Shown here in pieces: positions 16,764-25,616 of a stretch of 32,000 bases of DNA. The first letter of the stretch is position 1. Each line of letters opens with the position of its first letter. The stretch covers positions 1,560,001-1,592,000 of the forward strand of contig NC_007181.1 in the NCBI RefSeq assembly GCF_000012285.1, read 5' to 3'. A program made the translations under genes and the position numbers. The notes beneath the pieces were generated by a model. It ran no database searches. It had not been told where the DNA came from and saw nothing but the letters and a program-made list of their open reading frames with translations. The DNA comes from Sulfolobus acidocaldarius DSM 639 (GTDB lineage: Archaea > Thermoproteota > Thermoprotei_A > Sulfolobales > Sulfolobaceae).

Positions 16764-17765
16764 TTAAAATCCGATATATGGTATTCCTCTTCCTAAACCA
16801 ATGATAAGTAGGATAGCAGTAATAATATACAATAATACAGTTAAACCAATTGCTATGTAATCTAGTTGGGTAAAGACAATAGGTTTCATGTAGGTTCTCT
16901 TTGGCATAGCGTTGAACCCTCTAGTATCTGCAGCTATTGCTGTGTATTTAGCTTGCCTCATTAGAAATATGAGTGTGGGCACTATCCCGTAAAGACCACC
17001 CAACAGAAGGTAAAACGGTCTCAATGCCTTAGGCTTACCATAACCCAATCCCCTCATCATTTGTAGCTTAACTATAGTGTCTAATGTATCAAATATCCTC
17101 GGTATGCTTCTCATGGCAACTGTCAATGCGAATATAAATACAAGTGGAAATTTAACCTTTTCAAGATAGCGTAATACGTCAGATGGAGTTGTAGTTATAA
17201 TAAGCAATAGTCCAGATAACATGGGTGCAATGAACCTAAATGCAACCTGAAAACCATAGTACAAAGCCTCTAACGTTAAACCTGGTTGATAACCCATGTA
17301 AACGAAATAAGATGGCCAGTACCAGATGACATGGAGTGTGTCTGTACCTATTGCTTGTGTCAGTATGTAATAGGGAGTGTAAAACGAGAAACTACTTACT
17401 ACGCCTAAAGACGTTGAGAAGGTTAAGAAACCAGCGTATAAAATTTTCTTCCCTGGGTTATTCAGAGTTGAGAACAAAAGTAGGTAAATTAAGGCTAATA
17501 TGGCTCCAAACCACCATATTGTTAGTGAAACAGCTATAGTTGTACTGATGACCAAGATTAGCTTGGTTAATGGACTGATTTTGTAGAGGACACTCTCTCC
17601 CTTTTCAAAACGGGTAATTTCCATGAATCCCCTTATTCCAATTAAGCCTAAAATTATGACTATGGGTCCTATAAGTCCAAAGAAAAAGACGAGCCAGCTT
17701 ATTACCTGATCTGCAACTGACGGCACAGGCGGTGCCCAGTTTACCATACTTAAATAGATCACCAT
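16764..17765 (-). CDS. ecfT: ECF transporter transmembrane (T) component, EcfT/CbiQ/YkoC-like
   Basis: 333 aa, polytopic. C-terminal coupling-helix motif AIAADTRGF. The start lies 4 nt after the stop of the duplicated ATPase gene. Confidence 0.8.
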   Translation of the reverse strand: MVIYLSMVNWAPPVPSVADQVISWLVFFFGLIGPIVIILGLIGIRGFMEITRFEKGESVLYKISPLTKLILVISTTIAVSLTIWWFGAILALIYLLLFSTLNNPGKKILYAGFLTFSTSLGVVSSFSFYTPYYILTQAIGTDTLHVIWYWPSYFVYMGYQPGLTLEALYYGFQVAFRFIAPMLSGLLLIITTTPSDVLRYLEKVKFPLVFIFALTVAMRSIPRIFDTLDTIVKLQMMRGLGYGKPKALRPFYLLLGGLYGIVPTLIFLMRQAKYTAIAADTRGFNAMPKRTYMKPIVFTQLDYIAIGLTVLLYIITAILLIIGLGRGIPYIGF

Positions 17766-17769
17766 CTTC

Positions 17770-19347
17770 CTACCACCTGAGGAGGAAGTCTGATGGTGGG
17801 TTTATTCCATATCTAGAGGAACTTATAAAAACTTCCTCTGGTCTTCCTTCAAGAACTTTCTTCCCATCACTTATTACTATTAACCTGTCAGCGAAATCAT
17901 AGACAAATTTTGAATCATGTGTAACCACCACAACAGTGTAGCCTTTGTCGGTAAGTTGGCGTAACTCTTTACCTAGGCTCATCTTATTTGAGTAGTCCTG
18001 ACCTGAGGTCGGTTCATCCATTAACATAATTTTCACGCCTGAAGCTAAAACTGATGCCATAGCTACCCTCCTCCTCTCACCCATACTTAGTAACGTGGGA
18101 TCCCTATCCCTATACTCGAATAACCCAAACTCCCTCATGTACTTCTCACTTATCTCCCTGTAGTTCTTTACTTTTCTCTTCTTCAAACTATACTCGATTT
18201 CTTTTCTCACTTGGTTTGTGACTAACATAAGGTCAAAGGACTGTGGCATATAAATCATGTATTTACCCCTATACCAGACAGGTTTATTGATTAGTTCCTC
18301 CCCTTGATATTTTATTGACCCCGTTATACTATATTCAGACGTATCTAGAATTCCAGCTAGTGCTTTCAGTGCAGTTGTCTTTCCTGCACCATTTTTCCCC
18401 ATTATGGCAACTAGTTCCCCCTCCCACAAATCCAGAGAGAAATCTACAATCTGTTTTTCCTTAACATTAATCCTCAGATTAGCTGTTAGTATCTTGTTCT
18501 CAGGAGTCCTCCTCTTAGGGTGTTCCAATTTAACATTATTTTGTACTATCAATTTCTTCACTGTATCTAGATCCGGTGACTTGACTCCGAACTTTTTTGC
18601 ATAAATGAAATACTCAGGTACTTCGACTCCTGCTGAATGTAGGGTCTCAGCTCCCTCTAATATTTCGTCCTTTTCAAGGTCAAGTGAAACCTTACCCTTA
18701 TCCACGAGAATAACTCTGTCTACAAATGGTAGTACCCTCTCCACCTTATGTTCCACTATGATGAGTGTCTTTTGCCCCCTGAGGTCTTTCAGTGTAGAGA
18801 AAATTTGATTAGTTCCTTCTGGGTCTATATTTGAAGTTGGCTCATCTAATATTAGCACCTCTGGTCTCATGGTGAGGACAGAGGCTAATACTGTCCTCTG
18901 TAGCTCTCCTCCAGATAGCGTTGTGGTCTCCCTTCCCCATAAATGCGATATCCCAGCTATCTCCATGGACTCCTTTACTCTCTCCACAATCTGTTCTGGA
19001 GGAAAATTCAGGTTCTCCGGTCCAAACGCAACTTCTTCCTCCACAGTGTAATTCACAACTTGGCTTTCAGGGTCTTGTAAGACCGTGCCTACAACTGTGG
19101 ACAGCTTAGACAAAGGCGTATCTTTTATACTCTTCCCTAGTACGTAAACTTCCCCTTTTAGATCTCCACTCGTCATATGGGGAATAATTCCGTTAATGCA
19201 ACTAACTAGTGTGGACTTACCTGATCCTGATCTACCTGTAATGAGTACCGACTCTCCCTTCTCGATAAACAGTTCGTCAACTGTGATAGCTGGTGTCGGA
19301 TATCCCAAGTAAAAAAATTGTAATCCCTTTATCTCTACTGCGTACAT
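17770..19347 (-). CDS. ECF transporter duplicated ATPase (fused EcfA-EcfA', YkoD-like)
   Basis: 525 aa with two complete ABC cassettes. Cassette 1: GRSGSGKST, LSGGELQR, LILDEPTSNID. Cassette 2: [28 protein letters not shown]. Confidence 0.9.
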   Translation of the reverse strand: MYAVEIKGLQFFYLGYPTPAITVDELFIEKGESVLITGRSGSGKSTLVSCINGIIPHMTSGDLKGEVYVLGKSIKDTPLSKLSTVVGTVLQDPESQVVNYTVEEEVAFGPENLNFPPEQIVERVKESMEIAGISHLWGRETTTLSGGELQRTVLASVLTMRPEVLILDEPTSNIDPEGTNQIFSTLKDLRGQKTLIIVEHKVERVLPFVDRVILVDKGKVSLDLEKDEILEGAETLHSAGVEVPEYFIYAKKFGVKSPDLDTVKKLIVQNNVKLEHPKRRTPENKILTANLRINVKEKQIVDFSLDLWEGELVAIMGKNGAGKTTALKALAGILDTSEYSITGSIKYQGEELINKPVWYRGKYMIYMPQSFDLMLVTNQVRKEIEYSLKKRKVKNYREISEKYMREFGLFEYRDRDPTLLSMGERRRVAMASVLASGVKIMLMDEPTSGQDYSNKMSLGKELRQLTDKGYTVVVVTHDSKFVYDFADRLIVISDGKKVLEGRPEEVFISSSRYGINPPSDFLLRW

Positions 19348-19351
19348 TAAC

Positions 19352-20068
19352 TTACACCTGTACAGCCTTGCCTACTCTATTTGCTGATAGTCCAGCCAAT
19401 AATCCAACAACTACATCTCCCGGAATAGAAGTTACTAAGATAAAGAGAATCCTCGACCAGTTCACTATAGCCCCATAAATAAATGGGTCAAAGAAGCCAT
19501 AGAAGAATATCGGGTCAGGTATAGACCATAAAACCCCAAGGATTGCTCCTTCCACTGCTGATATAGCGTATACGTATGTCGGACCTTTGGTTAATCCTAG
19601 TCCAAATATCTTTCCTCCTGTAAAAGCTATCATGAGGTCAATAAATAGACCATATGTTAAAGCTTCATAAATGAAGAACATAGGTTCTCCACTGAATCCG
19701 TAATGGAAGAGGCTAGATAGGAGGTCAAATAAAAATAGGGATATCATTCCTACGCCAACTTTCCTAACTAGTCCTGCAACAATGAATATTATGAATATCC
19801 TTCCCCAAAACGGTATTTGAATGAAATTTGTAAGTCCTGATGGTATTGCTCCTCCTGCAACAGCACCTATAATGAATTGCCAAATGTATGCAGCTGCAGC
19901 CCCTATTCCTATGTATACCCAGTCAATAGTTTTGAACGCCTTCAATCCACCTGTCCTTTTACCAAAAATGAAGACTACAACTAAGGCTATAATAAAGTAA
20001 GCAGCTATAACTTCAACCGGAATTTCTCCTGGTTTATTGGTATAAAATCCTATTCCGTTAAATGACAT
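19352..20068 (-). CDS. ECF-associated membrane component, YkoE-like (putative substrate-capture subunit; HMP/thiamine-type by analogy)
   Basis: 238 aa with about 6 TM helices. It is the first gene of a tightly spaced (4-nt gaps) three-gene unit in the same order as bacterial ykoE-ykoD-ykoC. The substrate is inferred by analogy only. Confidence 0.55.
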   Translation of the reverse strand: MSFNGIGFYTNKPGEIPVEVIAAYFIIALVVVFIFGKRTGGLKAFKTIDWVYIGIGAAAAYIWQFIIGAVAGGAIPSGLTNFIQIPFWGRIFIIFIVAGLVRKVGVGMISLFLFDLLSSLFHYGFSGEPMFFIYEALTYGLFIDLMIAFTGGKIFGLGLTKGPTYVYAISAVEGAILGVLWSIPDPIFFYGFFDPFIYGAIVNWSRILFILVTSIPGDVVVGLLAGLSANRVGKAVQV

Positions 20069-20408
20069 TTTAGTCGATTATATATAAATAGTATTAAAAA
20101 TAAACTTTTCCCATATAGTAAATATAAATTGTCGTAAACTATATAGTAATACGTAGGCTATATTAGGTTGTTAGTTAGAAATTTTTCATTTTCTCATCGG
20201 TCATATTGAAAAATGTTCATTTCTTATGATAATACCATCAAAAAAGTATAATCAATAAAAACACCTTTGAATTATAAAATAAAGTGGAACTAAAATACAA
20301 ATATTAGGAGAAGCGAAAAATGTATTCAAAAATACATCAGAGCATAGACTTCTTCTCCATTAATCTGTTAAAAATAGTTAATATCAAAAATATACAGACC
20401 TTAAACAC

Positions 20409-20436
20409 GTGAGAATTAGATTTCTCACCAATTTTT
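20409..20436 (+). terminator. 7-bp stem hairpin (gtgagaa-ttagat-ttctcac) followed by T5, inside the 620-bp gap
   Basis: Read directly from the sequence. It overlaps the stop codon of a 30-codon mini-ORF (20320-20412). Its function is unknown. Confidence 0.2.
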
Positions 20437-20687
20437 GCTGGAAATAACTAGTTTGCGTTATGGTCTTCTCTACTTCACTAAAAAATTTTTGAAGCTTCAG
20501 AGGGTTATGCTCTACTTTTTTACGACTTCTCTCAAATTTTCATCTTTCTGTAACCTCGTAATAACTTATGAGATTAAAGTAAAACCCTGGGTTCTACTTG
20601 GAGTCATAAAAAACACAACCAACTTTAGTGTAATTAGTCCTTTATATCGGGTAAACCTTATATAAGTCTACCCATATAAATTATTTT

Positions 20688-20921
20688 ATGGATAGCAGTG
20701 GATATGTTACTATATCTGCTAAAGTACCTCGTGAGTTAAAGGAATTGATGGACAAATATGGTATAAAACCTGGTCCGGTAATTAGAAAGGCTTTAGAGGA
20801 GGAAGTGAGAAGGAGAGCGATTCAAGAGTTAGAAAAGGAACTGAAGGACTTGAAAGAAAAATCACAAATATCAGATGAGGATGTTGCAAGACTAATACGT
20901 GAAGATAGGGAAAGTCGTTGA
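20688..20921 (+). CDS. vapB: VapB-type antitoxin (small DNA-binding protein with a charged C-terminal helix)
   Basis: 77 aa. VTISAKVPRELKELMDKYGIKPGPVIRKALEEEV is typical of archaeal VapB-like antitoxins. Its stop overlaps the TTG start of the PIN gene (gTTGA). TATA-like ttatataag at 20658-20666. Confidence 0.7.
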   Translation: MDSSGYVTISAKVPRELKELMDKYGIKPGPVIRKALEEEVRRRAIQELEKELKDLKEKSQISDEDVARLIREDRESR

Positions 20922-21340
20922 CCGAGTACCTCTTTGACGCAAGTTCAATCGTAAACCTTATAAAAAGGGGCATCGTCTCGCCATTAACTAACGGAGAGAC
21001 GTTAAACTTAGCACTATATGAGTGCATAAGTGCCATATGGAAGGAATATCGTAAACTAAAAGTAATTAGTAGGGATTTAGCGGGAAAATACATAAGAGCG
21101 ATAATAAAGGTGATGAGCATAATACCCGTAAATTCCATCAGTGGATCAGAAGAGGAAGTATTTGATTTAGCATTGAAGGAGGATTTGACAATCTATGATG
21201 CCTCTTATTTGCTAGTTGCCATAAATAAGAACCTCATGTTAGTAACGGATGATAAGGTGTTGAGAGATAGGGCATCAAAGTACGTAACTGCTACGAGTAC
21301 AAAGGAACTTCTTACCAGATACGGATTCGTTGACCAATGA
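20918..21340 (+). CDS. vapC: VapC-type PIN-domain toxin
   Basis: 140 aa. PIN acidic residues are in context: YLFDASSIVNL (D), LYECISAIWKE (E), IYDASYLLVA (D), MLVTDDKVL (D). 4-nt overlap with vapB. Confidence 0.8.
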   Translation: MTEYLFDASSIVNLIKRGIVSPLTNGETLNLALYECISAIWKEYRKLKVISRDLAGKYIRAIIKVMSIIPVNSISGSEEEVFDLALKEDLTIYDASYLLVAINKNLMLVTDDKVLRDRASKYVTATSTKELLTRYGFVDQ

Positions 21341-21523
21341 CCGTAGAGACAAGAACAATCACAAAACGAGGAAACCCTTGCCATTGATGTGAGGGAAGTC
21401 AGTTTACGCGTCATTTACAGTTGATCCCCTTTTGTATTTCAGGATAATACTTGATTTAGGACAGCACCTAAAAAGAAATAAAAAATATATAAGACCAATT
21501 TCCCACTTTAAGTACGAGAGGTT

Positions 21524-21916
21524 CTAGTCCCTATTTCCTTTCTCCCACTCTTCTATTACTTCCTCAGCGATCTTAAATGCGTCCACGGCAGCAGGAAAAC
21601 CACAGTACACTGTAGAATGAATTAGCAGTTCCCTGATCTCCTCTTTAGAACATCCATTCCTAAGAGCACCCTTAATATGTATTCTCAGTTCATTTGGTCT
21701 GTTCAGTGCTATCAGCATGGCTACAGTTATTAAACTTCTTGTCTTCCTATCCAGTACGGGTCTAGACCATATATTTCCCCAAACATGCTCAGTAATAAGG
21801 TCTTGCAATGGTTTACTGAAATCGGTTGCGGTTGATAGTGCTCTGTTGACATACTTCTCTCCAACAACCTGTTTCCTTAACTCAAGACCTTTTTGATACT
21901 TGCTTTCAGAGCTCAT
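21524..21916 (-). CDS. Carboxymuconolactone decarboxylase (CMD/AhpD-like) family protein
   Basis: 130 aa. VWGNIWSRPVLDRKTRSLITVAMLIALNRPNELRIHIKGALRNGCSKEEIRELLIHSTVYCGFPAA is the classic PcaC/CMD signature. Confidence 0.85.
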   Translation of the reverse strand: MSSESKYQKGLELRKQVVGEKYVNRALSTATDFSKPLQDLITEHVWGNIWSRPVLDRKTRSLITVAMLIALNRPNELRIHIKGALRNGCSKEEIRELLIHSTVYCGFPAAVDAFKIAEEVIEEWEKGNRD

Positions 21917-22039
21917 ATTAATAGATTAACACGTCTTAACATAAAAATTAAAATGGGTGTCGTTATCTATCTGCACTCTAACGAAAAACACTTAGTGATC
22001 CGAGGAATAAAGTATAGTCATGGCGGTTCAGAACTTGTT

Positions 22040-22375
22040 TCACTCCTCTTCATCTAAGAAGACGTCATCCTCGCTTTCCTGAGGTCTTGAGGGCTTAGTC
22101 TTCTTTCCTTCGTACGTCTTCCTATTCTTCTCCTCCAACTCTATGTACTCCTTTGAGGTCTCGTTCAACACATAGTTTAGTCTATGGTAAAGTAAGGCTG
22201 CTTCTGACTGATTTAACTGAAAAGCAACCCTGTTATTTCCGTCGTCTATTACTATAAGGAACTTAGCCTCTTGAGGAAACCCCTTATCATTAGTCGTAGG
22301 TGAATCGACAAATAATTCCAGAGTTTTCGTCTTCCCTTCTTTCATGAACCTAGGGATTCTCAGAACTCTTTTCAT
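22040..22375 (-). CDS. Hypothetical protein with a basic linker and a strongly acidic C-terminal tail
   Basis: 111-aa ATG ORF. Compact N-terminal domain, then KNRKTYEGKKTKPSRP, then the tail QESEDDVFLDEEE. I recognise no family. Confidence 0.5.
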   Translation of the reverse strand: MKRVLRIPRFMKEGKTKTLELFVDSPTTNDKGFPQEAKFLIVIDDGNNRVAFQLNQSEAALLYHRLNYVLNETSKEYIELEEKNRKTYEGKKTKPSRPQESEDDVFLDEEE

Positions 22376-22630
22376 GAGTTATGTAGGCAAAGCAGAAATT
22401 TATGCTTTTCCAAATAAAAGGGACATGATTTTAAATCTTAAATACTCCGCGTCTTTCTCAAAAGGAAAAAGCACTGATTATTTAACATATGACGGTTCCC
22501 CAGGTTATTCACTCAAATCTCCCTTGAGTGTAGGGAGGTCTTATCTTCTGACTTCCTTCTCGCCACAGATTGTAAGGCTTTCCTCATTTCGTGAACTGGT
22601 ATTTGGTAGGTAATCTTAGGGTCTGTAACA

Positions 22631-24307
22631 TCATGTACTTAGACCTTTTACTTCCTTCAGAGCTAGTAACAACTGAGCATGTACAAAAGCCTGAGGGTAA
22701 TTACCAGTATACTCCATGTTCTCTACATCAATATGTTCACCGATTAGGTACAACGTCCCAGATGGTTTCAATACCTTGTCCAATAACTCCATTGCCCTCT
22801 CTTTCCTTCCTAGTCTTATATACACTCTAGCCAGCCAAATCGTTGCAAGTGCAAATGGGTGCTTAGCTTCCCCCATAAAGTCTTGAGAATACCTCTTTAC
22901 GAAACCGTCCACATACAACTCATCTTCAATTCTCTTCAGCGTTTTAAGAAATATTGGGTCTTTAACATCTATGAAATCGTACAATGGTAGGGTTAACAAG
23001 TTTGCGTCAACGTCATTCGAGTCTGAACTTCTCACAAAGCTTCCGTCCTTAACGCAATTTCTCATGACCCATTCCTTTATCTCATCCTTTTCATGAATCT
23101 TCACATTCATAATCTTCTCTATCCTGTCTAACGCGACCCACATCATGACTTTAGAGTGAGTGTAATGTTTGGGGTCTCCTCTGTCCTCCCACATTCCAGC
23201 ATCTTTTAACATCCAGTTCTTGGAAACCCAGTCTCCGATGTACTTTATTTTATCCCAATTCTCTTCAACGAACACTCTATCACTAGTGTACTTATAGTAT
23301 TTATAGATTGCATCTACCAGGAATCCCTCAATGTCCAGTTGTATTTGTGATGCTGCAGCATTACCTACTCTGACCGGTCTTGAGTTCATGTATCCTGAGA
23401 GCCACGGTATTTCGATTTCTGGGGGAGGATCAGAGCCATCCACTGCATATAATGGGTGTAGTAATGGTTTTGCGGTGAAATTAACTAAAGCAAGCATGAA
23501 GTTCAGTATCCTTCTTGCCTCTACAACATAGCCTGAATATAATAGGGCTTCAGATATCATGGAGGAGTCTCTGACCCATACAAATCTGTAATCCCAATTT
23601 CTACTATCACCGACAGCTTCAGGTAATGATGTTGTAGCAGCAGCTATACTTGAGCCTGAAGGGGAGTAAATTAAGCCTAAGAGAACTCCTACACTTGTTC
23701 TCCATACCTCATCATTTGATCTTATTTTATCTTTCCAGTAATCGATGGTGAGGTTAAAGGAATTCTCCAGATCATTCTCCAGTTGTTTTCCCTTATCTAA
23801 GGGACCATACGCACAGTCAGAACTATAGACTAGGTATAGTGTTGTCCCAGGTGGTTTAATCTCGTCAGTAGGTACATCACTTAACAGTGATAAACACTCT
23901 CTGGAAACGGGATTAAGAAACTGTATACCATCGTCTTTCCGTCTTATGATGGGTCTATACAGCCCGTAATTAAACATGGGGATTATCTTAAAAGATAGAG
24001 GGATTTCGGTCCTTACTTTTCTGATAATAGCCTTTTCCCCTATGGGCATAAGATCTACGATTTCAGCCTTGCCGTTACTGCTCTTGAAAGTAGTCGAAAG
24101 GACATTAGGGACAAGATAACTTTGAGAAACTTTGAATTTATCCTCTACGGGTCTAATAGAGAACTCTCCAGCATTATCGTCTAACAATTTTCCAAATACA
24201 GACGGTGAATCGAATCTAGGGAATGTGAGCCACACAATGGATCCATTGTCAACAAGGGCAGATGTTAATCCATTCCCGATAAATCCTAGAGGTTTCATAC
24301 CTAACAT
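22631..24307 (-). CDS. Glycoside hydrolase family 15 (glucoamylase/trehalase-type)
   Basis: 558 aa. GH15 hallmarks SLPEAVGDSRNWDYRFVWVRDSSM, WEDRGD.KHYTHSKVM.W and the C-terminal GEHID....YTGNYPQAFVHAQL. Confidence 0.9.
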   Translation of the reverse strand: MLGMKPLGFIGNGLTSALVDNGSIVWLTFPRFDSPSVFGKLLDDNAGEFSIRPVEDKFKVSQSYLVPNVLSTTFKSSNGKAEIVDLMPIGEKAIIRKVRTEIPLSFKIIPMFNYGLYRPIIRRKDDGIQFLNPVSRECLSLLSDVPTDEIKPPGTTLYLVYSSDCAYGPLDKGKQLENDLENSFNLTIDYWKDKIRSNDEVWRTSVGVLLGLIYSPSGSSIAAATTSLPEAVGDSRNWDYRFVWVRDSSMISEALLYSGYVVEARRILNFMLALVNFTAKPLLHPLYAVDGSDPPPEIEIPWLSGYMNSRPVRVGNAAASQIQLDIEGFLVDAIYKYYKYTSDRVFVEENWDKIKYIGDWVSKNWMLKDAGMWEDRGDPKHYTHSKVMMWVALDRIEKIMNVKIHEKDEIKEWVMRNCVKDGSFVRSSDSNDVDANLLTLPLYDFIDVKDPIFLKTLKRIEDELYVDGFVKRYSQDFMGEAKHPFALATIWLARVYIRLGRKERAMELLDKVLKPSGTLYLIGEHIDVENMEYTGNYPQAFVHAQLLLALKEVKGLST

Positions 24308-24607
24308 AATTAATTATAATATATTAAAAATTAAGGAGTCGGAAGAGGAGATATTCATCTTGACGACGAGAAAAATCTGACGATAACAAGTTACACACAT
24401 CCTTAACTTTCACCAATCAAGTATACTACTGACTAGGGGACAGCATTATTTTATGCTGGAAATTTTAGACTATGTATTTTTTCTCCTTACAGAAATTTAC
24501 GTTAGTGTTACATGTGAGGAAAGAAACAAAAACCAAACGTTGTATCACTTTCAATTAAATATAAAGTTTCGATAGACTTATTATCAAAGAGCAGTTAAAA
24601 TTTAATC

Positions 24608-25231
24608 ATGGATTTTTCAGTTCTTTTGGCTTCCCTTGGTATAAGCATTTTAGAACTGTCTGAGGCAAGTGCAGTAGCTGTCATATTTCAGGGGATATAC
24701 AAGAACAGTAAGCCATTCCTATACGCCATTGCTGGAATACTTATAGTTCTAGTCCCTGTTTTCACCCTTGGTCAGTACATAGTTCTACTTCCCATAAATT
24801 ACGTGTTACTAGTAGCTGCAGTTATCTTAGCTTACTTCGGTTATAAGTTATTACGTAGTGCAAGAAGGAGTTTTAAGGGCTCTAAGAAGAAACATGAGGA
24901 AAAGGAAGAGGGAATAATGACCGTCTTTGTTGTTTCAGCTACTGAAGCCCTGGAAGCAGGACTTGTAATATTAGCCCTAATCCCTCAAAGCTTTTCCTCA
25001 GCTCTGTTAGGAACTGGGATAGCGGTGATAATTGTAATTGCCCTAACAATTGCACTTAGGTCTCAAATAATGAAGATACGCGTTCCACATTTAAAATTCG
25101 TGTTATCAGCTTTACTCTTTGGGCTTGCTACCCTTTTCGTTGCAGAAGCACTAGTTGATATCGATGAGGTGTTCTTGCCCTTGTTCTTTGTAATATACCT
25201 AGGAGTAAATTACCTAGTTATAAAACTGTAG
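24608..25231 (+). CDS. Membrane protein with an internal two-fold repeat (TMEM165/GDT1-like or COG4280-like), function unknown
   Basis: 207 aa. Two 3-TM halves, each opening with an acidic TM motif ([10 protein letters not shown] and [10 protein letters not shown]), separated by a basic loop ([13 protein letters not shown]). Confidence 0.5.
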   Translation: MDFSVLLASLGISILELSEASAVAVIFQGIYKNSKPFLYAIAGILIVLVPVFTLGQYIVLLPINYVLLVAAVILAYFGYKLLRSARRSFKGSKKKHEEKEEGIMTVFVVSATEALEAGLVILALIPQSFSSALLGTGIAVIIVIALTIALRSQIMKIRVPHLKFVLSALLFGLATLFVAEALVDIDEVFLPLFFVIYLGVNYLVIKL

Positions 25232-25514
25232 TTCTTCAACACCTCATGATTAATAAAGGAGATAAAGCGTTTGTATCCCTTTAAAAAATTATTTATAAGA
25301 TTAAGTAATTATATTTTAGTTGAATAGCTGAATTAAATGACCCATTTTAAACAAAGTGTATTTATACCTTTCATATTCAAATAACTTCATATAAAACTTT
25401 TTATATAATTTACGTTTTTAGTAATTTAAAATTATCAATTATAGAGCACTAAAACTTCACTTTTACCACCTATTAAACTTCAGGCTTGTCACATACTCTC
25501 TTTAGTCCTATTGA

Positions 25515-25542
25515 ACACATGGAATGATGCATGTGTGTTTTT
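25515..25542 (+). terminator. Hairpin (acacatg-gaatgatg-catgtgt) followed by g+T5; orphan terminator-like element in a 385-bp convergent gap
   Basis: Read directly from the sequence. It lies about 285 nt after the stop of the 24608-25231 gene. Confidence 0.25.
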
Positions 25543-25616
25543 AAACCCAGTCAGAAGCAATTCGTGGTAGCTTTCAGATAAAGACGATATACATCTGTAC
25601 ATATACTACTCACTCT

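Noticed and set aside
20113-20149. 9-bp direct repeat ATATAGTAA (two copies) upstream of the ECF operon as an operator
   Set aside because: It is too short and AT-rich to distinguish from chance. It is mentioned only as a place to look if a thiamine regulator motif is defined.
20435-20665. 76-aa ORF in the large gap upstream of vapB
   Set aside because: It has a TTG start and a Phe/Leu/Lys-rich composition typical of random AT-rich sequence. It has no motif and no promoter spacing. I left it as non-coding.
22510-22537. Pseudoknot-like arrangement: cactcaa-atctccc-ttgagtg-ta-gggag
   Set aside because: Stem 2 would have to cross a 7-bp stem 1 with only a 2-nt loop, which is sterically implausible for an H-type pseudoknot. 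The stems are short and could arise by chance.
22344-22830. Track ORFs 22344-22613 and 22591-22830 (+)
   Set aside because: They overlap the start of the 111-aa gene and the 3' end of the GH15 gene on the opposite strand. They have no recognisable motifs and are probably spurious.
25519-25530. C-box-like aTGATGc motifs (here and near 13041-13048) suggesting C/D box sRNAs
   Set aside because: No CTGA D or D' box lies at the required distance on the same strand, and there is no terminal stem. The last C-box position is also non-consensus.
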